Positions 54,458 through 62,079 of a DNA stretch of 64,000 bases are shown here, one piece after another (position 1 is the stretch's first letter; each line of letters starts with the position of its first letter). Where the stretch lies: positions 3,956 through 67,955 of the forward strand of contig JAAYCJ010000133.1 of assembly GCA_012729815.1 (NCBI GenBank), in the 5' to 3' direction. Position numbers and translations under genes: made by a program. Origin of the DNA: Phycisphaerae bacterium. Its GTDB lineage: Bacteria; Planctomycetota; Phycisphaerae; JAAYCJ01. Below the pieces are notes generated by a model. It made no database searches. It was given only the letters and a program-made list of their open reading frames with translations, and was not told the DNA's origin.

Positions 54458-55513
54458 ATGAAAGACGAGCGTCCGGATGTATCGATTCTGATCACCACCT
54501 ACAACCGCGCCGAAAGTCTGCGCCGGACCCTGACGGACATCGCCGCCCTCGATCGGGCCGGACTTGAGGTCGAGGTGATCGTCGCCGACAACAACAGCAC
54601 CGATCAAACCCGCCAGGTGGCCGACGCCTTTGCCCGCCACATGCGGCTGCGATACGTCTTCGACCCCCGCCCGGGCCAGAATTTCGCCCGGAACCGCGCC
54701 CTCGATCAGGTTCCTCTCGGCCGTATCGTGGCCATCACCGATGACGATATCACCCCTCGGCGGGATTGGGTTCGCCAGATCGCCGCCGCCTGCGACCGCT
54801 GGCCCGGTGCCACCGTCTTCGGCGGCAGAATCCACCCCGTCTGGCCCTCGCCCCGCCGGCCCTCCTGGACGGATTTCCCGGACATCCAGACCTTCTGTTT
54901 CGGCGTTCACGACCGGGGCGAGACCGAGGGCCTCTATGTCAGCGGGGTCACGCCCTTCGGCGGCAACTGCTGGTTCCGATCCGACATCTTCGCGGAGGGA
55001 TGGCGATTTTCCACCGGCTTCGGACCTCGCCCCAAAAACCGCATCATGGGCGGCGAAACCACGTTTCTGCTCCGCCTGTCCCGCGCGGGACATCCGATCG
55101 TCTACTGCCCTCGGGCCATCGTGGGGCACCGCCTCCAGCCGGAACTCCTCTGCGAGCGGATGGTCCGCCGCCGGGCGTTTCGACAGGGACGCATGATCGC
55201 ACACACCCGCGGCCTGCCCGCCCCCGACCTGCTGGCCCGCAGCCCTCTGCTCTGGCGACTCCGCCGCTATGCCTCCCTCGGGTGGGCCCTTCTCGGCTAC
55301 GGCGCCAGCTTTCTCTCCCTCTGCCCCAACCGCCGAATCGAGCGGGCCGTGCAGACCCTCTGGGATATCGGGCTGGACTACGAATCCCTGCGCACCGTCT
55401 GCGGCGCCGTGCCGGAGCTCTGCTCGCCCTCCGGTATTCACCGGCCCTTGCAACCACAGCCGCGGGAAGGTAACCTGAGTGCGGCGGACCAACGACAAGG
55501 CGGGCTCCGTTGA
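54458..55513 (+). CDS. glycosyltransferase family 2
   Basis: VSILITTYNRAESLRRTLTDI, VIVADNNSTDQT and ITDDDITP (DxD) are present. Confidence 0.85.
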   Translation: MKDERPDVSILITTYNRAESLRRTLTDIAALDRAGLEVEVIVADNNSTDQTRQVADAFARHMRLRYVFDPRPGQNFARNRALDQVPLGRIVAITDDDITPRRDWVRQIAAACDRWPGATVFGGRIHPVWPSPRRPSWTDFPDIQTFCFGVHDRGETEGLYVSGVTPFGGNCWFRSDIFAEGWRFSTGFGPRPKNRIMGGETTFLLRLSRAGHPIVYCPRAIVGHRLQPELLCERMVRRRAFRQGRMIAHTRGLPAPDLLARSPLLWRLRRYASLGWALLGYGASFLSLCPNRRIERAVQTLWDIGLDYESLRTVCGAVPELCSPSGIHRPLQPQPREGNLSAADQRQGGLR

Positions 55514-55522
55514 TAGGAGACA

Positions 55523-56305
55523 ATGACGATGAAGGTGGTCATTCTGGCGGGTGGATTCGGCTCCCGCCTTTCAGAAGAAACCGTGCTGAAGCCCAAGCCC
55601 ATGGTCGAGATCGGCGGCAAGCCGATCCTCTGGCACATCATGAACATCTATTCCACCGCCGGTTTCAGCGAGTTCATCATCGCCCTCGGCTACAAGGGCG
55701 AGTACATCAAGGATTACTTTCTGAACTTCAACACCCTCAACAACGATATCTCCGTAAACACCGCCACCGGAAACCTGGCGGTCCACAGCCACAAACAGCC
55801 CGACTGGAACGTCCATCTCGTCGACACCGGCCTGCACACTCAGACCGGTGGACGACTCGGACGCCTTCGCAAGTGGCTCCAAGACGAGCAGACCTTCATG
55901 TTCACCTACGGCGACGGCGTGGCTGACATCGACCTGCGAAATCTGCTCGCCTTCCACCGGGCCCACGGAAAGCTCGCCACCGTCACCGCCGTCCTGCCTC
56001 CCGCCCGTTTCGGGCGGATCGGCTTCCGCAGCGACCTGGTCGCCGAATTCATGGAGAAATCTCCGGACTCCGACGGCTGGATCAACGGCGGATACTTCGT
56101 GCTCGAGCGACAGGTGCTCGACTATATCGAGGATGACCAGTGCGTCTGGGAGCGAGGACCGCTCGTCCAACTAGCCCGCGATGAGCAGCTCGTCGGCTAC
56201 CGCCATCCGGGCTTCTGGTCCTGCATGGACACCATCCGCGAACGCAGCTATCTCGAAGAACTCTGGGACAGCGGCAACGCCGCCTGGAAGATCTGGGACG
56301 ACTGA
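55523..56305 (+). CDS. rfbF: glucose-1-phosphate cytidylyltransferase
   Basis: MKVVILAGGFGSRLSEETVLKPKPMVEIGGKPILWHIMNIYSTAGFSEFIIALGYKGEYIKDYF is a near-textbook RfbF N-terminus. Confidence 0.9.
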   Translation: MTMKVVILAGGFGSRLSEETVLKPKPMVEIGGKPILWHIMNIYSTAGFSEFIIALGYKGEYIKDYFLNFNTLNNDISVNTATGNLAVHSHKQPDWNVHLVDTGLHTQTGGRLGRLRKWLQDEQTFMFTYGDGVADIDLRNLLAFHRAHGKLATVTAVLPPARFGRIGFRSDLVAEFMEKSPDSDGWINGGYFVLERQVLDYIEDDQCVWERGPLVQLARDEQLVGYRHPGFWSCMDTIRERSYLEELWDSGNAAWKIWDD

Positions 56306-56307
56306 GC

Positions 56308-57333
56308 ATGAACTGGAACCAACACCGCATTCTCGTCACCGGGGCCACCGGCATCGTCGGCTCGTGGGTCGTCAAACGCCTGCTCGCCGAGAAGGCCTCC
56401 GTCGTCTGCTTCATCCGCGACTGGGATCCGCGCTCGGAGTTGATCCGAAGCGGCGACGTATTCAAGACCACCGTGGTCAACGGGCGGCTCGAACACTTTC
56501 CCGACGTCGAACGCGCGGTTAACGAACACGAGATCGACACCGTCATCCACCTTGGAGCCCAGACCATCGTCGGCACCGCCTTTCGCAACCCATGGCCCAC
56601 CCTCGAGGCCAACATCCGCGGCGCCTACAACCTTCTCGAAGCCTGCCGCCTCCACCGCGACCTCGTCCGCCGGATCGTCGTCGCCAGCAGCGACAAGGCC
56701 TACGGCCACCCGCAGACTCTCCCCTACACCGAAGACATGCCCCTGGTCGGCCGGCACCCTTACGACGTCAGCAAGAGCTGCGCCGATCTGCTGGCCGCCA
56801 TGTACGCTGAGACCTACGGGATGCCCATCGCCGTCGCCCGCTGCGGCAACATCTACGGCGGGGGCGACCTGAACTGGAGCCGCATCGTCCCCGGCACCAT
56901 CCGCTCCGCGCACTTCGGCCAGCGGCCCGTCCTCCGAAGCGACGGCCGGTTCATCCGCGACTACATCTTCGTCGCCGACATCGTCGAAGCGTATCTGCGC
57001 CTCGCCGAACACGCCGAACGGCCCGACGTCCGCGGCCACGCCTTCAACTTCAGCCCCCAATCCCGTGTCAGCGTGCTCGACATCACCAACCTGATCCTGC
57101 GGATCATGGAGCGGCCCGACCTCGAACCGGTCATCCTGGACAACGCCCAAGGCGAAATCCGCGACCAGTACCTCGATGCGTCAAAAGCCCGCCGGATCCT
57201 GCAATGGACGCCCGCCCACTCCCTCGACGATGGGCTGCTCCGCACCGTCGCCTGGTACCGTGAATTCTTCGCCCATCCCGCGGCGACCGCGGGTTTTCAG
57301 CCGTTGCCCGCTCCGCCAAACCCGAACCCATGA
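56308..57333 (+). CDS. NAD-dependent sugar-nucleotide 4,6-dehydratase/epimerase (SDR), probably CDP-glucose 4,6-dehydratase
   Basis: The Rossmann motif is VTGATGIVGSWV and the catalytic motif is YDVSKSCADLL. Its position between rfbF and the 3,5-epimerase-like gene supports the call. Confidence 0.7.
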   Translation: MNWNQHRILVTGATGIVGSWVVKRLLAEKASVVCFIRDWDPRSELIRSGDVFKTTVVNGRLEHFPDVERAVNEHEIDTVIHLGAQTIVGTAFRNPWPTLEANIRGAYNLLEACRLHRDLVRRIVVASSDKAYGHPQTLPYTEDMPLVGRHPYDVSKSCADLLAAMYAETYGMPIAVARCGNIYGGGDLNWSRIVPGTIRSAHFGQRPVLRSDGRFIRDYIFVADIVEAYLRLAEHAERPDVRGHAFNFSPQSRVSVLDITNLILRIMERPDLEPVILDNAQGEIRDQYLDASKARRILQWTPAHSLDDGLLRTVAWYREFFAHPAATAGFQPLPAPPNPNP

Positions 57334-57902
57334 AGTTCATCGAAACCAATTTTCAGGGCCTCTTCATCATCGAGATCGAGCCGCACGCCGACACGCGAGG
57401 CTGCTTCGCCCGCGTCTGGTGCCAGGACGAGTTTCGCCGGCACGGACTTGAAACCCGCGTCGTCCAGTGCAACCTGGCCTATAACCACCGTCGCGGCACG
57501 CTTCGCGGCATGCACTTCCAGGCCCCGCCGCACGAGGAAATCAAGATCGTCCGCTGCGTCCGAGGGGCGGTCTATGACGTTGCGGTGGACCTGCGGCCCA
57601 GTTCCCGAACCTATCTTCAGTGGTTGGCTGTCGAACTGACCGCCGACAACCGCCGATGCCTCTACCTGCCCGCCGGTTTCGCCCATGGCTACCAGACCAT
57701 CGTTGACGAAGCCGAGATATTCTATCAGGTCTCCGAGGCTTACCATCCACAAGCCGAACGCGGCGTCCGGTGGGACGATCCGATCTTCAGCATTCACTGG
57801 CCGACCGTCGGCCACCGCATCATCTCCGAAAAGGATCTCGCCTGGCCCGACTTCGAACCGCAACCCCCAGCGGGTCGGACGCCGGTGGGGGGGAAATCAT
57901 GA
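57330..57902 (+). CDS. sugar-nucleotide 3,5-epimerase, RmlC-like cupin
   Basis: HADTRGCFARVW, RGMHFQ, KIVRCVRGAVYDVAVDLR and LYLPAGFAHGYQT are present. ATGA overlaps occur at both ends. Confidence 0.85.
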   Translation: MKFIETNFQGLFIIEIEPHADTRGCFARVWCQDEFRRHGLETRVVQCNLAYNHRRGTLRGMHFQAPPHEEIKIVRCVRGAVYDVAVDLRPSSRTYLQWLAVELTADNRRCLYLPAGFAHGYQTIVDEAEIFYQVSEAYHPQAERGVRWDDPIFSIHWPTVGHRIISEKDLAWPDFEPQPPAGRTPVGGKS

Positions 57903-59158
57903 AAGTCCTGCATCTGATCAACAGCGATGGACCGGCCGGCGGAGGAGGAGGGATGTCCGCCCTGCGCCTCCATCAGAGCCTCCTCAAATGCGGCGCCCAA
58001 TCCGTGATGCTCTGCCGCCGCACCTTCACCGGCGTGCCCGAAGTTCACGCCTTCGATCGACTCAAACATCTCGACCAGATCACCTACCTGTTGACCTCGC
58101 CTCTGGGCCTTGGGGATCTCCACCGGCTCAGTTCGTTCCTGCTTCTCCGAGACCCGCGATTCCGGGACGCCGACGTGGTCCACCTCCACGGGCTTCACGG
58201 CGGCGACTGGTACGTCAACTACCTCGTCCTGCCTCGCCTGACCCGCGCCAAACCCACCATCCTGACCATCCGCGACATGTGGTGCCTCACCGGACACTGT
58301 GCCGTCAACTACGATTGCGATCGCTGGAAAACCGGTTGCGGAAGATGCCCGCACCTGGACGCGCCGCCTTCCACCAAACGGGACACGACGCGCCTCCAGT
58401 GGCGGCTCAAGAACCGCGTCTACCGCCGATCCGACCTCACCGTCGTTTCGCTCTGCTCGTGGTATACCGAGCGGGCCCGCCAGAGCATGCTCAGCCGTTT
58501 TCCCATCCACCAGATTCCCAACGGCGTGGATACCGACGTCTTCGAGCCCATCGACCGGACCCTCTGCCGCCGGCTGCTCGGACTGCCCCTCGACAAGCAG
58601 ATCGTCCTCTACGCCGCCCGAGATCTGAGCGAACACAACAAAGGACCCGATCTGCTCAGGCGGGCCCTCGCCGGTTTGCCCGACGACCTGAAGGCCCGGA
58701 CCGTCCTGCTGCTGGCCGGCCATCGGGGCCACAGCATCGCCCAGGGCTGCCCCGTGCCCTGCATCGATATGGGCTTCATCTCCGGCGACCGCTTTCGCGC
58801 CGTCGCCTGCGCCGCCGCCGACCTGTTCGTGTCGCCCACCCGCCTCGAAGCCTTCGGCCAGGTCATTCTCGAATCGCTTGCCTGCGGCGTGCCCGTCGTC
58901 TCATTCCGCGTCGGCGGCGTGCCCGATCTGGTGCGGCCGGGCCATACCGGCTATCTGGCCGAGCCCGAGGACCCCGACGACCTGCGGGACGGGATCGTTC
59001 AACTGCTCCGCGACCACGACCTGCGCCGCACACTTGGCGAAAACGCGCGATGCATGGCCCAAACCGAATTCTCGACCGACCTTGAGGCCGAACGCTACTG
59101 GAATCTCTATAGGACTGTCTTGGAAACCCGCCAATCCTCCAAAGGCGGACGGACATGA
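57899..59158 (+). CDS. glycosyltransferase family 4
   Basis: It starts MKVLHLINSDGPAGGG and contains DLFVSPTRLEAFGQVILESLACGVPVVSFRVGGVPDLV. Confidence 0.85.
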   Translation: MKVLHLINSDGPAGGGGGMSALRLHQSLLKCGAQSVMLCRRTFTGVPEVHAFDRLKHLDQITYLLTSPLGLGDLHRLSSFLLLRDPRFRDADVVHLHGLHGGDWYVNYLVLPRLTRAKPTILTIRDMWCLTGHCAVNYDCDRWKTGCGRCPHLDAPPSTKRDTTRLQWRLKNRVYRRSDLTVVSLCSWYTERARQSMLSRFPIHQIPNGVDTDVFEPIDRTLCRRLLGLPLDKQIVLYAARDLSEHNKGPDLLRRALAGLPDDLKARTVLLLAGHRGHSIAQGCPVPCIDMGFISGDRFRAVACAAADLFVSPTRLEAFGQVILESLACGVPVVSFRVGGVPDLVRPGHTGYLAEPEDPDDLRDGIVQLLRDHDLRRTLGENARCMAQTEFSTDLEAERYWNLYRTVLETRQSSKGGRT

Positions 59159-60483
59159 TCATCGTCGACAGGGCTCTTCAAGAACGCGAACGCTCCGGAT
59201 CGCCCATCCGAGTCGGTATGGTCGGGGCCGGCTTCATGGCTCGCGGCATCGCCTATCAGATCATCCGCCATACCCCCGGCATGCGACTGGCCGCCATCGC
59301 CAACCGCACCCTCGCAAACGCCGCTCACGCCTTCACCCAGGCCGGCCGGCATGATGTGCGAACCGTCGATAGCCTCAGCCAACTTCATGACGCCATCGCC
59401 CATGATGTTCCCGCCGTCACCGCTGATTCTTCCCTCCTCTGCCGCGCCGAACCTATCGACGCCATCATCGAGGTCACCGGGGACGTCGAACACGGGGCCC
59501 GGGTCGCCCTCCAGGCCTTCGAGCACAAGAAACACCTGATCCTCATGAATGCTGAGCTCGACGCCACGCTCGGGCCGATCCTCAAAACCCGCGCCGACCA
59601 AGCCGGCGTTGTCCTGACCGACGCCGACGGCGATCAGCCCGGCGTCATCATGAACCTTTACCGCTTCGTGCGGTCCATCGGCTATCGGCCCGTCCTGGCC
59701 GGCAATATCAAGGGCCTCCAGGACCCGTATCGCACCCCTGAAACCCAGAAGGCCTTCGCCGAAAAACACGGCCAGAAGCCGGCCATGGTCACCTCGTTCG
59801 CCGACGGCACCAAGATATCCATGGAAATGGCCGTCGTCGCCAACGCCACCGGCCTGCGCTGCGGCAAACGCGGCATGTACGGCCCGCGGGCCGCCCACGT
59901 CAACGACGCGCCGCGCCTCTTTCCCGCCGATCAGCTCCTCGGCGACGGCCTCGTCGACTACCTCCTCGGGGCCGAGCCGGGACCAGGCGTCTTTGTCATC
60001 GGCCACGGCGACGATCCCATTCAGCAGCCGTACCTGCGCTACTACAAGATGGGCGATGGACCGTTCTACGTTTTCTACACGCCATATCACCTCTGCCACC
60101 TGGAGGTTCCGATCACCGTCGCCCGCGCCGTCCTGTTTGGCGACCCGGCCGTCACCCCCCTCGGCGGCCCGGTCTGTGAAGTAATCACCGCCGCCAAACG
60201 CGACCTTCGGCCCGGCGAAACCCTCGACGGCATCGGCGGATTCACCTGCTACGGTTTGCTCGAAAACGCCGATCCGGCCCGACGGGAAAACCTCCTGCCC
60301 ATGGGGCTGGCCCTCGGCTGCCGTCTGAACCGGGGCATTGCCAGAGATCAGGTCCTGACCTACGGCGACGTCGAACTCCCGCCCGGCCGCCTCGCTGACC
60401 AACTTCGCCGCGAGCAGGATGCCCTCTGGGCTGCGCCCATGACTACCGAACCCAGATGCCGTCGTTCAGAACGCAGCGGATAG
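59155..60483 (+). CDS. NAD(P)-binding oxidoreductase with SAF-like C-terminal domain (COG4091-like)
   Basis: The Rossmann motif is IRVGMVGAGFMARG. Overall similarity to the family annotated as predicted homoserine dehydrogenase with SAF domain is recalled from memory. Confidence 0.6.
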   Translation: MIIVDRALQERERSGSPIRVGMVGAGFMARGIAYQIIRHTPGMRLAAIANRTLANAAHAFTQAGRHDVRTVDSLSQLHDAIAHDVPAVTADSSLLCRAEPIDAIIEVTGDVEHGARVALQAFEHKKHLILMNAELDATLGPILKTRADQAGVVLTDADGDQPGVIMNLYRFVRSIGYRPVLAGNIKGLQDPYRTPETQKAFAEKHGQKPAMVTSFADGTKISMEMAVVANATGLRCGKRGMYGPRAAHVNDAPRLFPADQLLGDGLVDYLLGAEPGPGVFVIGHGDDPIQQPYLRYYKMGDGPFYVFYTPYHLCHLEVPITVARAVLFGDPAVTPLGGPVCEVITAAKRDLRPGETLDGIGGFTCYGLLENADPARRENLLPMGLALGCRLNRGIARDQVLTYGDVELPPGRLADQLRREQDALWAAPMTTEPRCRRSERSG

Positions 60484-60495
60484 AATGCGGGAAGG

Positions 60496-61464
60496 ATGGT
60501 GAATCCATTGTCCGAGCAGAGAGATTTCAGTGGTCAGCGGCTGATCTTTGTCGGCGGCGTTCCCCGGTCCGGCACCACGCTGCTCCAGAACATGCTCGAC
60601 TGTCACCCGGAAATCCTCGGCGGGCCTGAGTTTCTCTACGTTCCCGACATTATCCAACTCCGCGACCGTATCCGCAGCGCCATCGACAATCGCTACATCC
60701 ATCACTTCTGCTGCCGGGAAGATCTCGACCGCCTGGTTTGCGACTTCATTCGGCGCCTTCTGCTGCCCCTGGCTGACCGAAACGGCTGCCGGTTGCTCAG
60801 CGAGAAAACCCCACCCAACGTCCTGGTATTCCCACAACTGCTAGAGTTGTTTCCCGACGCTCGGCTGATCCACGTGATCCGCGATCCTCGGGCGGTGATC
60901 GCCTCCATGCTCCAGGTTGGCCGGCGCTCGCGCAAGGTCGGATGGAGCCTCCATCCCTACGCCTACAGTGTCGCCGCCGGCATCGAGTACACCCGACGCT
61001 GCTTCGACGCCGGATTCGCGGCCGCTGGAGCTGCTTCGCAGCGGGTTCTGACCGTCAGCTACGAACGGCTTGTCTCCGACCCCGAGGCCGAAACCCGCCG
61101 GGTCTGCCGTTTTCTGGAACTTGAATGGTCCGATCGGATGCTCTCGCCCGGGCAGTTTAGCCATCTCGGCGAAGAGGCCATCACCAATGAGGTGTTCTAC
61201 GACCGCGAATCCTATGAGCGGGATCCTGAGATCGGCCAGATCGACAAGTGGAAATCGCAGCTGACGGCGGTCGAGCAGCTTCGCATCGCCTCCGCCTTCG
61301 CGGGCTACGAGCATCTTGCCGACTACGGCTACCGATTTGCCGTTGTCCCGGCTCCCATCAGACATCGGGCCCTGGCCGCTATGGTTGACCGGCTCATGGG
61401 AACCACCTCGCGCCCCGCCGCGATTCTTCAACGGCTGGTCCGAAAACTCCGATGCAGATGGTGA
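60496..61464 (+). CDS. sulfotransferase-family protein
   Basis: The 5'-PSB loop is LIFVGGVPRSGTTLLQNML and the 3'-PB region is IHVIRDPRAVIASM. Confidence 0.75.
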   Translation: MVNPLSEQRDFSGQRLIFVGGVPRSGTTLLQNMLDCHPEILGGPEFLYVPDIIQLRDRIRSAIDNRYIHHFCCREDLDRLVCDFIRRLLLPLADRNGCRLLSEKTPPNVLVFPQLLELFPDARLIHVIRDPRAVIASMLQVGRRSRKVGWSLHPYAYSVAAGIEYTRRCFDAGFAAAGAASQRVLTVSYERLVSDPEAETRRVCRFLELEWSDRMLSPGQFSHLGEEAITNEVFYDRESYERDPEIGQIDKWKSQLTAVEQLRIASAFAGYEHLADYGYRFAVVPAPIRHRALAAMVDRLMGTTSRPAAILQRLVRKLRCRW

Positions 61465-61503
61465 ACAAACGTCCGGTAATTCGATAGACTATATCACGGG
61501 TCC

Positions 61504-62079
61504 ATGGTGCGAGACGAAATCGACAATACGGGTGGTCGAAAGAGCTTCTCCGAGATGTGGCGGAAGGTCCGTGAGGACTACCAGACCTGCGGTCGCCATT
61601 GGAGCCAGCCCGGTTTCCGCGCCGTCGCGGTCTACCGTTTTGGGGTCTGGGCCGCCGATTCCGGACCGCTGCGCCCAATCCTTATCCGACTCTACCACTT
61701 CATGTATCGCTATGTCCGAAATCATTACGGCATAGACCTTTACCGCACGACACAAATCGGCCGCCGGTGCTGGATTGCCCACCACGGCGGCATCGTCATC
61801 CACCCCAAGGCGGTCATCGGCGACGATTGCCTCATCCGCCACAACGTCACCATCGGAGCCGCCACTCACGATCGGGCCTACGAAGCGCCGAAATTGGGTA
61901 ATAAGGTCGAAATCGGCGTTGGCGCGGCGATCCTGGGCAGCATTACCGTCGGTGACGGCGCGCGGATCGGGCCCGGGGCGATCGTAATGACCAACGTCCC
62001 GCCGGGCGCCACGGTTTTCGCCAACCCCGGGCGGATCATTCCGCCGACCTCCGAGCCGCCCAAAGAGGATGCTAAATGA
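61504..62079 (+). CDS. hexapeptide-repeat O-acetyltransferase (serine acetyltransferase-like)
   Basis: The CysE-like N region is PGFRAVAVYRFGVWA. Left-handed beta-helix repeats follow (IGRRCWIAHHGGIVIHPKAVIGDDCLIRHNVTIG ... VEIGVGAAILGSITVGDGARIGPGAIV). Confidence 0.8.
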   Translation: MVRDEIDNTGGRKSFSEMWRKVREDYQTCGRHWSQPGFRAVAVYRFGVWAADSGPLRPILIRLYHFMYRYVRNHYGIDLYRTTQIGRRCWIAHHGGIVIHPKAVIGDDCLIRHNVTIGAATHDRAYEAPKLGNKVEIGVGAAILGSITVGDGARIGPGAIVMTNVPPGATVFANPGRIIPPTSEPPKEDAK

